Notes: generated by a model from the sequence alone, not told the origin. Positions 35,902 through 48,357 are shown, numbered from the stretch's first letter. The stretch: DNA of 64,000 bases from Chiloscyllium plagiosum (GCF_004010195.1 NC_057756.1:6614788-6678787); one strand, 5' to 3'. Translations and numbers: made by a program.

Positions 35902-38430
35902 CCAAAGACTGCAATGTGGACATGGTGAACTGCAATAGACTTGAAAGGAGATTGGAGATATACAGGAGAGAGATGTAGGTGGGGTATAGATGTGGGTGAG
36001 TTTTGACGTTATTGAAAAGAAAAAAGAAGAACAAGCAGCAAAACCAGCTGAATGGTGCTAAAAGGCACTAAACTGTTATCACTGATCAGTTACTTGTTCT
36101 GTGATAGTTTTATTTATTCATTTGTGGAATATAGGCATCATTGAATGGGCCAGCATTTATTGTTCTTCTCTTATTGGCCTTGAGAAGGTGATTGCAAACT
36201 GCTTCTCTGAATGATTTGAAGTCCATATGGCTAAGGTAAACATAAAAAATGCCATTGGGGAAGGAGTTCCAGGATTTTGTCCCTGTAACATTGAAGGAAA
36301 AGAAGTATGTTTCCATGTTTGGATGGTGAGTGGCTTGGGAACTTGCAATGATGGCGTTCCCATGTATCTCTGCCCTTGTCCTTCCAGGTAGTAAACATTA
36401 TGGGTTTGGAAGCTGCTGTCCTACCAGCTTTAATGAGGTAAGGATTCTGATGGTCATCCTAGGCCGTCTCATTATGCTTAGAATCAGCTGCCTTTTCAGA
36501 GGAGACTTCCCATTCCTCTATCTCATCATGTCTCAATATATGCCCCTCCCCTGTGTTGAGTCAGGTTATGGAAGATACAGCATTCAATTATGATGGGGAC
36601 AGTCTGCATTGCACCACATTGTATGGCCTATCTGGTCCATACATCAGAATCTTATCTTTGTGGTCTCTTCTCCATGGCTCTTAGGCTGATTGCTGTAAAC
36701 CTCACAGACTGACAGGAGCACACTCTCTCTACCAGGCAGATAGCAGGAAATCCCTATCAAAGAAGCACATCCTCACCAGACATATCCTTCCTCCTCTTCA
36801 CTGCCTTTGTGGTTGTGTGTAACTCAGACAATGATAGTCACTGTCTACCACTTTCATGGCCTTCTGCTGTTCAACTATATACAGTCCTCTGCAATTTCTG
36901 TTAAAGCCTGTTGTTTACTCAATTTGAGAACTATAGAGCCATAGAAAAGAACAGCACAGAATGAGGCTATTCAGCCAATTGTGTCAGTTCCAGTTGAATA
37001 AATGAACAATCTGTTTTAATTATTTTAAGTCCAACATCACCAGTGTTATTGGGATGGTAACCAAGTCTTTTGTATTGAAATGTTTAAGTGAAGCATTAGT
37101 TGAGCTAGTCGCTTCAAAATTTACAATGATTCTGGGTCTATATAAACTGAAAAGCTTGACCAAGCTTGAATTTTAAGCAGTTTTAGAGTCAATAATTGAA
37201 CCTTTTGTTGCAAGATTAGTTAAACATGCTTTCTTGACAATTTTTTCAAGGCTGAAATCAGTTGAGCATATAATTCCAAATTAAAGTCCCTGAGGGTTCA
37301 ATAGTTTATCCAGTGAATGTAGAAAATATAAATCCAACAATAAGTTCAGTGCTGAGTCTTTACATTTCAATACACAACAATATTCCAATTATCAAACTTG
37401 AAAAATATTCTAAAATAATGTACAATTTAGGATAATTTTTCGTAGGATATGCTTTTCCCCCTTCTCGCCTTCATTTCAAATTTTAATCCATATATCAAGA
37501 TATTGATGCACTTTCTAGCTCTTGGCATTAATTGGCATTATAGAGGATATGTCTAGTGAGGATGTGCTTCTTTGATAGGGATTTCCTGCTATCTGCCTGG
37601 TAGAGAGAGTGTGCTCCTGTCAGTCTGTGAGGTTTGCTGCAATCAGTCTAAGGGCCATGTAGAAGAGACCACAAAGATAAGATTCTGATGTATGGACCAG
37701 ATAGGCCATACAATGTGGTGCAATGCAGACTGTCCCCATCATAATTGAATGCTGTATCTTCCATAACCTGACTCAACACAGGGGAGGGGCATATATTGAG
37801 ACATGATGAGATAGAGGAATGGGAAGTCTCCTCTGAAAAGGCAGCTGATTCTAAGCATAATGAGACGGCCTAGGATGACCATCAGAATCCTTACCTCATT
37901 AAAGCTGGTAGGACAGCAGCTTCCAAACCCATAATGTTTACTACCTGGAAGGACAAGGGCAGAGATACATGGGAACGCCATCATTGCAAGTTCCCAAGCC
38001 ACTCACCATCCAAACATGGAAACATACTTCTTTTCCTTCAATGTTACAGGGACAAAATCCTGGAACTCCTTCCCCAATGGCATTTTTTATGTTTACCTTA
38101 GCCATATGGACTTCAAATCATTCAGAGAAGCAGTTTGCAATCACCTTCTCAAGGCCAATAAGAGAAGAACAATAAATGCTGGCCCATTCAATGATGCCTA
38201 TATTCCACAAATGAATAAATAAAACTATCACAGAACAAGTAACTGATCAGTGATAACAGTTTAGTGCCTTTTAGCACCATTCAGCTGGTTTTGCTGCTTG
38301 TTCTTCTTTTTTCTTTTCAATAACGTCAAAACTCACCCACATCTATACCCCACCTACATCTCTCTCCTGTATATCTCCAATCTCCTTTCAAGTCTATTGC
38401 AGTTCACCATGTCCACATTGCAGTCTTTGG
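35902..38430. repeat. Long inverted repeat with 887-bp arms (35902-36788 and 37544-38430) and a 755-bp spacer
   Basis: Three ORF pairs with identical translations on opposite strands; arm boundaries checked by reverse complement. Confidence 0.97.
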
Positions 38431-38752
38431 AATAGAGCTCGACTGGTAAGCCGTCGCTTCCGGGAGTTTTATTCTTTTCGAAGGACTCGAGGGCCTTGGT
38501 CAGCTCGTCCTGAGATAGCGGCTGGTCCAGCCTCTCTCGTGTTCCGTCGTCTAGGACCTCCGTGATAGAGGACAGGAACGACTGGGAGGTCGTGCTGTCG
38601 GTCAGCTTCGAGTCATACAGACTGGCATAGAAGGATTTACTGATCCTCATGATGTCAGCCTGAGATGACGTTAGCGAGCCATCTTCTTCCTTCAGGCTGC
38701 TGAGCACGGAGCTCTCTTTGTGCACCTTCTGGAAGAAGAAACGTGAGCACGC
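38431..38752 (-). mobile_element. Tx1/L1-clade ORF2 fragment (linker upstream of the RT)
   Basis: CSRFFFQKVH...FYASLY...PLSQDELTKAL...NKTPGSDGLPVELY. Confidence 0.88.
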
Positions 38753-39629
38753 CGAGGTCTTTCCCAACATAAAAGTGTCTTAAACAGTGAGAGTCAAAGT
38801 AGCTTCCAAAAGCGCAGATCCTGCCTGAACAATGTCGTTAACCCTTTCTTTGTGACATTGACATACAAAGTAGATTTTGAAAGTTGAATGGTGAATCCCA
38901 TGAAAAGCTGTTCAAAAGGTTCCACACAGAAGGTAATCACATGAACTAGAAGCTGTTGGTATCTTTGGACCCAGCAAGGCTTGTGACTCAATGGGGAAGT
39001 GATCAGTAAGTGATTTACATGAGCAATGTAAAGAAATGTTCTAAGGAATTTGATTGGAGCTCCTACTTTTTCTCATTTCTGCAACTCATTCGGGAGTCAG
39101 TAATGTTTTTGTCCTCGTCATCAGAATTTAGTGCCACCCAGTTGCTCTGGGATGGTGACGCTGAGCTGCCTTCTTCAATCGATGCAGTCCATGTCTCTAG
39201 TTTTGGCCACTGTGCTCTTTGGGAGGGGGTTGACAGATTTTGACCCAGTAATATTGATGGTGTGGTAATATAATTCCACATCGGTATGGCGTGTGAATTG
39301 GAGGGGAACTTGGAATTGGTTTATGTTTCCGTCCATCTGCTTTCCTTCTTCTAAATGGTAGAGGTCACAGGAGAAAGTGAGGACTGCAGATGCTGGAGAT
39401 CAGAGTCGAGGGTGTGGTGCTGGAAAAGCACAGCAATATTCTCCTACTCCTCAGATGCTGCCTGACCTGCTGTGCTTTTCCAGCACCACACTCTCGACTC
39501 AGTAGAGGTCACAAGTTTGGAAAGTGCAGTTGAAGGAGCCTTGGTGAGTGGCTTTAGTGCATTTGGTAGATATTTATTATTTGATGCTCCTGAGTACTGC
39601 GGGTAAAAGTACATACTTCTCCCTTCTAC

Positions 39630-39970
39630 CGCCTCCAACACACCCCTTCCACCTGGAATGTCCACAAAGACTCCCGTCCACCTTCCGAGGACCCCTACTC
39701 CCACCTCTAACACACCCCTTCCACCTGGAATTTCCACAAAGACTCCCGTCCACCTTCCGAAGACCCATTCTCCCACTTCCAACACACCCTTCAACCCAGA
39801 CCATCCATGTAACTCTCCACCCCCTCAGCTCCCTGCCTCATTCCTAATGAAGGGCTTTTGCCCAAAACATCGACTCTCTTGCTCCTCGGATGCTGCCTGA
39901 CCTTCTGCGCTTTTCCAGCACCCCCCCCATTAACTCTGAACCCAGCATCTGCAGCCCTAACTTTCTCCGA
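39630..39970 (+). mobile_element. Penelope-like fragment with an internal 72-bp tandem duplication
   Basis: aacacacc recurs at 39637, 39709 and 39781; followed by a decayed hammerhead and the 3' repeat. Confidence 0.65.
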
Positions 39971-40211
39971 AGAGAATGCACTGACAATAGTCAGATGTAG
40001 TGAAGCAGACAATGACTTAGAACTCCCTTGCCCGTATGTGAAATAGGGCTGGGGGTGCTGTTTGTTAAGATGGGGTTAGGAACAGGCGTGGGCCATTCAC
40101 CCCCCTCGAATCTATTTCACCATTCCAATGGGATCATAGCTAATCTGTGCTGTGGTTCCATAAGCCTTCCCTTGGCCCATATCCCTTAATATCATTGCTC
40201 AACAAAAATTC

Positions 40212-40357
40212 ACCGACCTCAAATTCACCTGGACAGTCTCGGACTCCTCCCTCCCCTTCCTAGACCTTTCTGTTTCTATCTCAGGCGACCGAATCAACAC
40301 GGACATCTACTACAAACCTACCGACTCCCACAGCTACCTGGACTACACCTCCTCCCA
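40212..40357 (+). mobile_element. Penelope-like RT C-terminal fragment
   Basis: Translates LKFTWTVSDSSLPFLDLSVSISGDRINTDIYYKPTDSHSYLDYTSS, the characteristic LPFLD...YxKPT..YL motif. Confidence 0.85.
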
Positions 40358-40881
40358 GATAGCAGAAAATCCCTTTAATACTTCAAAGTACTCTTTTGGT
40401 ATGATCCTAGATATTGAATATTGTTAGATATTATTACTGGAGCGAATCATAGATTTACATTTAAATAGTTCCCATTTCTGTCTTTGTTCACTCCTTTCCT
40501 CAGCAATATTTTGTGTTTGATTTTGTCTACTTTCTGTGGTTTTATTTACCCTAATGAAGAAGAGCATATCTTCTCAACATCACAACTATTGATCTCACCC
40601 TGCTTGGCTGTTGTATGGAACCCCCTACGTGTTAACCCCTTAAAGCCAAATACATAACAATATTGTCAAATTTGATGGAATTTTAATGCATTTACTTTAG
40701 GGGAAATTTGGCATGTTAATATGCTGCAGTTTTTCTTATCTGCGATGTTTTGTGTTATGTTGCTGAAAATATTACTGATGAAATACTTAGCAGTTGTAGT
40801 AAAATCATGCGTATACTTAGGATGAAGAAGATTATGAGTACCACATATGCTTGGTCCAGTTCTTGTTGGATTCATTTGGAT

Positions 40882-41317
40882 ATCAAAGTTGAAACTTTAT
40901 TGCTGGAACAGCACAGCAGGTCAGGCAGCATCCAGGGAACAGGAGATTCGACGTTTCGGGCACAGGCCCTTCTTCAGGAATGAGCAGAGAGTGTTCAGCA
41001 GGAGAAGATAAAAGGTAGGGAGGAGGGACTTGGAGGAGGGGCGTTGGAAATGTGATAGGTGGAAAGAGGTCAAGGTGAGGGTGATAGGTCGGAGTAGGAT
41101 CCTACTCCGACCTATCACCCTCACCTTGACCTCTTTCCACCTATCACATTTCCAACGCCCCTCCTCCAAGTCCCTCCTCCCTACCTTTTATCTTCTCCTG
41201 CTGAACACTCTCTGCTCATTCCTGAAGAAGGGCCTGTGCCCGAAACGTCGAATCTCCTGTTCCCTGGATGCTGCCTGACCTGCTGTGCTGTTCCAGCAAT
41301 AAAGTTTCAACTTTGAT
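40882..41317. repeat. Perfect 436-bp palindrome (no spacer) of a Penelope 3' repeat
   Basis: Centre ggatcc at 41097-41102; identical 82-aa ORFs on both strands. Confidence 0.96.
41218..41253 (+). ncRNA. Minimal type I hammerhead ribozyme motif of Penelope type; mirror copy on the minus strand at 40946-40981
   Basis: attc-CTGAAGA-a-gggc(ctgt)gccc-GAAA-c-GTC-gaat: intact core boxes, 4-bp stem I and stem II, palindromic ACGT stem III, GUC cleavage triplet. Confidence 0.8.
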
Positions 41318-43181
41318 CTCCAGCATCTGCAGACCTCACTTTCTCCTCAACAAAAATGCATCCATCTCAGATTTAAACTTAACAACTGATCCAGCATTCA
41401 CTGCCATTTTTGGAAGAGTGTTCCAAACGTGTCCCACCCTTTATGTGTCAAAGTGCTCCCCAAAATCTCTCCTGAATGCTCTGTCCCTAATTCTCAGGTG
41501 ATGTCCCCAAGATCTAGAATGCCTAACCAAATAGTTTATCTACCCTGTCTTGTCCTGTTGTGGTTGATATAAGACAAAAACACCCCCCTACACATGCAGA
41601 CATCTCCATCTCGGGGAAGCATTGAAATTACTTTCAAAGAATGGATTTATGAGATTTACACCACTTGGCAGACACATTTTGTGGGTGTCATTGGTTAGGC
41701 CAGCATTTATTGCCCAGAGGGCAGTTAAGAGTCAACCACATCGTTGTGGATCTGGAGTCACATGTAGGCCTAGACCAGGTAAGGAGAACAGATTTCCTTC
41801 GTTAAATGGCATTTGTTAATTTCTTTTTCTGCCAGTTACCAATTACATGGTCACTCTTTGATTCTTCATTCCAGATTTGTATTTATTCGAACCTGGACAT
41901 TTTCCAGAACTCTGGAATTATATCCTGGCAATGATATCACTAGGGCTACCACCTACCCCATATGAAACTGGATGGAATTTATTGATTGCAAGGTCGATGC
42001 ATCAAGTTCTGAGGAATATTTATTTTTGTCACTAGGATCTTGAAACCACTGATTGACATCACATTGCTGTTAAATCTAATGCACTCTTTAGCAGAAGTGA
42101 ATGAGTCCACTAATGTTAATGAAATAGTGAAGGAGCTGGCCAATAGGATGAAGAGGAAATGATGGCCAAGTGTTATTATTGCCAGACTTTTAGTCCAGAC
42201 ATTCAGCTAATTTTTCTGGGGACCAGGGCTCAAATTCTGCATAGTAGATGATGAAATTTTAATTAATTTATTTTTTAACTCTGGCATTAAGAATCAATTA
42301 ATGACCATGAAACCATTGATTATGGTCAGAAAAGCCTAAATGGTTTATTAATGTTCTTTAGGGAAGGAAATCTGCCATCCTCATCTGGTCTGGCCTACAT
42401 GTGACTCTCGATGTGGTTGACTCTCAACTAATCTCTGAAATGACACGGCAAGTCACTTAGTTCAAGGGCAGATCTGGATGGTAAGACATGCTGACCAGGC
42501 AGTGATGCACATGTCACGTGAGTGAATAAAATAATCAGCAGGAAGTATTCGTTTCATTCTGAACATACACTTCCATTTTCCAGAAAAGGGACATATGGCT
42601 TGATACTTTCAAACCAGCAGAATTATATTCAATGAAATTCGATTTAAAAAAGCCTTAACAATAGAAAGCAAAATGGGGAGAGTGACTTCTCAGTGCTTTT
42701 CAAGCAATGTCCTGTCTGAACTGGAAAAGGAATCAGGCAAAACTGGAAGACAATGTGTTCCAATTCACTACGTGGAGCTTGTTCAGCCAAGAATTCTCCA
42801 GCACAGAACCAACCTACAGCCTAATGTCATGAGGTTTAAGACCTTTGTCATGAATTTGGTAAAATACTCCAAATGAGAAGAAGACATGAATACAGTTCAT
42901 TGGGCCTTGAACGTCAATATACTTCCTTGTTATAAAGTTGTCCATTTCTGGAACATGTTTCTCATTTCCATTGCTTTCAGTGGAGAATAAAAATCTGTTT
43001 TTTAGCTTTACATCTGCACTAGCTGATCTACCCTGATTACAGGGAAATTAAAAAATAAGACATGTTCACATGCGGAATGCTGATGGCATGAAGCTATGTA
43101 TGGCTGGAGCTGTTCAATTAAAATAAAACCATGTATTTCATTATTCTATCTTCGATTAATTCTTCTGTATTACATTCACAG

Positions 43182-43460
43182 AGCCAATCTCCTCTGTGTC
43201 TATTATATCCAATGTTTCGAACACAGTGAAAGAGAATGACACAGTGTCCCTGAGGTGCCATGTACTGGGAGATTGGACCGAAATAGTTTGGCTCTTCAAT
43301 GGGAGTCTTGTCAACAGCAAAGGGAAGACAATATTTTCCTCAGGAAATGCCATGTTGACAATAATTCATGTTGACACAAGCAATACTGGCAACTATCGAT
43401 GTATTGCACGTAGTCCTGTGAGTGAAAAAGCAAGCGAGCCCTATTCCTTGAGCTTGGACA
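43182..43460 (+). CDS. CEACAM A-type Ig domain exon (279 nt)
   Basis: Acceptor attacattcacag, donor a|gtaagt. Encodes EPISSVSIISNVSNTVKENDTVSLRC...W..NGS....GNAMLTI..V...NTGNYRCIARSPVSEKASEPYSL, resembling CEACAM A domains (SNNSNPVE.D.V...C; YxC...NPVS...S). Confidence 0.9.
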
Positions 43461-46400
43461 GTAAGTACAATGGATTCACATTGATTTGTATTGAACAATT
43501 GGGTGCTGCATTTTATATGTTAACAGTCTGAGCACCTGGAGGTATTATATTCTGTTCACAGCCCTATACAACTGCAACTTGCCTCCATCAGTAGCAATTG
43601 TGTCTCACAGCATTTAATATCAGATTCTGTTCCTGTCCTGTTCAGGTTAAATTCCTGTTCTGTAACAGGCTGGATGACACTGAGGTGAAGCCAATGGAGC
43701 ATCTACATAGGACCAGGATTGGCCATTCAGTTCATTGAGCCTGTTCCACCATTCAATGGTTGATCTCCTGTCTAGCTCCATATACATGGCTTTGACCCTT
43801 TGCTCAACAAGGCCTTATCTATCAGATTTAAAACTAATAGCTGATCCAGCATCCACTGCCATTTGTGGAAGACAGTTCCAAACATCTGCCACCTTTTGGG
43901 TGTCAAAGAATCATGGAGTTATACAGCACAGAAACAGACCCATTGGTCCAACCAGTCCATGCCAAACATAATCCCAAATGAAACTGGTCCCACCTACCAG
44001 CTCCTGGCCCATACCCTTCCAAAGCTTTTCTACTCATGTATATTACCAAATGTCTTTTAAACGTTATAAATGGACCTGCACTACTTCCTTAGGAAGTTCA
44101 TTCCACCTTGACTGGGTCATCCACTTGACTAGATCACCATGCAGGCTGGGGGAAGCGCAGCAGCTCAGTGGTTAGCACTGCTGCCTCGTAGCACCAGGGT
44201 CCCGTGTTCGATTCCTGCCTTCAGCAAGTGTTTGTTGTTTGCATGTTCTCCCCGTGGGTTTGCTCCGGTTTCCTCCCGCAGGCCAATGATGTGCAGGTTA
44301 GGTGAATTGGCCATGCTAAATTGCGCAAGCATCCAGTGATGTGCAGGCTAGGTGGATTAGCCATTGGAAACGCAGGGTTACAGAGATAGCTTAGGGGGTA
44401 TAGCGGAATGAACTTCAGAGGATCCATGTGCACTCTATGGGCTGAATGGCCTGCTCCACACTGTTGGGATTTTATGATGGCTCTGTGTAAAACATTTACC
44501 CCTCATGTCTTTTGTAAATCTCCTCTCACCTTAAAATGTGTTCCCTAATCTTTAAATCCCCCATTCTGGGGAAAAGACAATTACCATTAACTCTATCTAT
44601 ACCTCTCATTATTTTATAAACTTCTATCAGGTCACCTCTCAACCTCCTACCCTTTAGTGAAAAAGTCCCAGACTATCCAGCCTTTCTTTATAACTCAAAC
44701 CTTTCATACCTGGCAACATCCTGGGAAATCTCTTCTGACCACTCTCCAGCTTGAGAACATCCTTCCTATAACTGGGCGACCAGAACGGGACACAGTGCTC
44801 CAGAAGAGGCCTCACCAATGTCCTGTACAACCTCAACATGACATTCCAACTCCTATACTCAAAGGACTGACCTCTTGAAGCTATAAATTTACAGATGAAC
44901 TATATTCCAAGTAACAGGACAAGGGCCAAAGTGCTTCCTAGCATCTCATCGGAATGTTCTGGCCCTAAATGTCAGACAGCGTCTCAAGTTCCAGAATCTC
45001 CAACCAGTGGAAATAGTCTATCTGTGTCTACCCTGTCCTATCCTGTTAATATCTAGGGTTGGAACTAATATATCGTCTCCTTACCAGCTGGGTGGCACAG
45101 TGGCTCAATGGTTAGCGCTGTCCCATCAGCACCAGGGATCAGAGTTTGGTTCCAGCCTTGAGTGACTGTGTGTGAAGTTTGCACATTCTCCCTGTGTCTG
45201 TGTGGGTTCCCTCCAGGTGCTCCAGTTTCCTTCCATAGTCCAAAGATGTGGAGGTTAGGAAGATTGCCCATCGGAAATTGTCCTGTTGTGTCCAGAGATG
45301 TGTAGGCTGGGTGAGTTATTCGTGTGGGGATAAGGTGGGGTTTCCTTTGAAATGTCAGTGCAGAACTCGATGGGCCAAGTGGTCTTTTCGTGCTGGTTGG
45401 AATTTTAGATGCTACGATTCAGAAAGAAGTGAAATGATGGCCAAGAGTTGGAGTAAATTGGAGTTAAATTAGCTCAAAACCATCTTCCTGCCCATCTTTG
45501 AGTGGATTCTTTTGTGTCCACCTGAGACAACAGACAAGACTTGAGATTCACAAATGCTTCAGGAAGATCACATTTCAGACAGTACAGCACTCCCTCCCTC
45601 CTTTGTGGACATGTCCGTTTAGACTGTGGATAGGGCAGATGTGCAAAGTGACTGAGGGTTCCTGTTGTTCAGCCACCGAAGGCTAAGCCAGCTATAGGAA
45701 GGCTAATGGAATGTTAGCTTTTTCTGCAAGCGGATTTGAGAATCAGGTTTTTGTGAACAATTGGCTGAAGTGTTGCTTGAGCCCATGACATTCTGAGGCG
45801 GGGAGAAGCGTATTATCGATGATCCAAAAAAGAAATCAAGATACCTTCTCAAAAAAGTGCATGTCCACTTGACTAGGTCGCCATGCAGGCTGGGGGAAGC
45901 ATGGTGGCTCAATGGTTAGCACTGCTGCCTCACAGCACCAGAGACCCAGGTTCGATTCCTACCTTGGGCAACAGTGTGGAGTTTGCACATTCTCCCAGTT
46001 GGTTTCCTCCAGGTGCTCCAGTTTCCTCCCACAGTCTAAACATGTGCAGGTTAGGTAAATTGGCCATGCTAAATTCCACAAAGTATCCAGAGATGTGCAG
46101 GCTAGGTGGATTAGCCATTAGAAAGGCAGGGTTATTGGGATAGGTTAGCCATTGGAAACGTAGGATTACTGGGTTAGGTTAGCCATTGAAAACGCATGGG
46201 ATAGGTTGGGGGGGGGGGGGTGAGTGTGGATGGGATGCACTTCAGAGGATCCGTATGTACTCAATGGGCCGAATGGCCTGCCCCCACACTATAGGGATTC
46301 TATGATGGTGAAGACAAAAATGTGATACATTGAGAATTGAATTCTTCTGAGTGTGAGAAAAAGCATTTGAGATGTTTACCATTCTACCAGAGGGTTAAAC

Positions 46401-47139
46401 ACATTTGAGGTATTGCAATAATATCCTTGTGAGTCCACTAAGAGTTTTTCTATCTCGCCCATGAGGTGTGGGTGTTGCTGACATTACCCATCCCTAATTG
46501 CCCAGCAGGCAGTTACTGTCAACCACATTACCATGGGTCTGGAGTCACACATAGGCAGATGTTCTTCCTCAAAGAACAGGAGTGAATGGTTCAGAAAAGG
46601 ATTACAAAGTTGTTACCAGGGTTGGAGGGTTTGAGCTATAGGGAGAGGCTGAATAGGCTGGAGCTGTTTTCCCTGGAATGTTGAAGGCTGAGGGGATGAC
46701 CTCATAGAGATTTACATGAGGGGTATGGATAGGGTAAACAAAGTCTTTTCCCTCGGGTGGGGGAGTCCAGAACTAGAGTGTATAGGTTGAGGGGAAAGAT
46801 ATAAGAGAGACCTACAGGGCACCTTTTTCATGCAGAGAGTGGGGCATGTATGGAATGAGCTGCCAGAGGAAGTGGTGGAGGCTGGTACAATTGCAACATT
46901 TAAAAGGTATCTGGATGGGTATGCGAATAAGGAGGGTTTATAGGGATATGGTCCACGTGCTGGCAAACGGGTCTAGATTAGGTTGGGATATCTGGTTGGC
47001 ATGGACTAGTTGGACCAAAGGGCCTGTTTCCGTGCTGCACAGCTCAATGACTCTATAGCTAGATGGGATTTATTTTATAGTTGCATGTTGACATTAGGCT
47101 AGTTTTTAGTTTTTTTATGAAAAAACGTAACCTATTTTT

Positions 47140-47545
47140 CAAATTAACCTGTTCTGAGTTGTTATTACCCGCCTCTGGAGTGCGTGGGTCTTGAACCCAG
47201 ATCTCCCAATCCAAGGGTAGAGATATGACCACTACATCACAAGAGGGCCCTATCTTAGCTTTTGAATTGTTTTTTTACTTACCTATTTTACTAATCAACT
47301 TTATCAGAGATTTTATCACACTTCTCTGGAGCAGGTGGAACTTGAACATCAGCCTCCAATCCAGGAGTAGGGTTATTGCCACTGTACCACAGAAGGGCCT
47401 ATGCTAGTATTTCTTTATTTAGCTTACTTTTCTAATCAACATGTTCAGAGATGTTGTTACACTCCTCTAGAGCAGGTAGGTCTTAAAGCCTCCCAGTCCG
47501 GTGTAGGGATACCACCACTGTACCACAAGTGGACTATTTGCTAGC
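47140..47545 (-). repeat. Three tandem, diverged tRNA-like/SINE units with about 150-bp spacing; related units at about 16750-16990
   Basis: Repeated ttattac.c..ctctggag..gtggg.cttgaacc.....ccca.tcc.gg.gtaggga.act.ccac....cacaagagggccc; the minus strand shows a B-box-like ggttcaag. Confidence 0.6.
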
Positions 47546-48043
47546 TTTGTATTCCAGATTTTTTTTAAAAATCGAATTCATCTGCCACTATGGGATTTGA
47601 ACCTAGGGCAGAAAAGAATCGTTCCTGACCCAGAACAATAAACTGGAGCTCAGGATTAGATTAGAATCCCTACAGTACGGAACCAGGCCCTTTGGCCCAA
47701 CGAGTCCACACCGACCCTCCGAGGAGCAACCCACCAAGCCCCATTCCCCTACATTTACCCGTGACTAATGCACCTATGGGCAATTGAGCACGGCCAATTC
47801 ACCTAACCAGCACATCTTTGGATCGTGGGAGGAAACCAGAGCACCCAGACATGGGGAGAATGTGCAAACTCCACACAGACAGTTGCCCAAAGCGGGAATT
47901 GAACTCGGGTCCCTGGCGCTGTGAGGCAGCAGCGCTAACCACTGAACCACCATCCCACCCAATTATTAACCACTACTGCAGCACCACCTCATTCACCTAA
48001 ATGGTGTCACCTTGATCTGTAATGCAATGAACTTCTTTTGCAG

Positions 48044-48125
48044 ATCATACCAGTTCAAAGGATAGCAAAGGATACTCAGGATGGAGTATATGGCTTTTGG
48101 CGATACTCGCACCATGTCTAATGAT
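48044..48125 (+). CDS. Stalk plus hydrophobic (TM or GPI-signal) exon of the CEACAM-like gene
   Basis: Acceptor acttcttttgcag, phase 1 in, donor at|gtaagt (phase 2). Encodes NHTSSKDSKGYSGWSIWLLAILAPCLM. Read-through of the donor gives ...CLMM-stop. Confidence 0.78.
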
Positions 48126-48285
48126 GTAAGTAACTCCAACTGGATTCAATCTACACAGTAAAATTTAATGGTGCTCCCTACTCAAAACAGCACTTTCAGG
48201 TCAACACAAAAAGCTCACCCGTAATTGTGTTGAAATGTTTTAACGTGGGAAAGGTATTTAAGCTGCGTCGTTCTGATTGTTGCAG

Positions 48286-48357
48286 ATGCTGTGTGGTCTT
48301 CACCAGGAACAGAATAAGCTGTTGTGATCAGCAATGCTCCTGCTCGTTCCTCAGCAG
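48286..48357 (+). CDS. Putative Cys-rich phase-2 exon A (ICCVVFTRNRISCCDQQCSCSFLS)
   Basis: Acceptor ttctgattgttgcag (alternative in-frame acceptor at 48307), donor ag|gtgaga, 72 nt and frame-preserving. Confidence 0.55.

Noticed and set aside
36110..38222. Duplicated small genes (identical 68, 68 and 87-aa ORF pairs)
   Set aside because: A by-product of the inverted repeat. No recognisable domains or splice structure.
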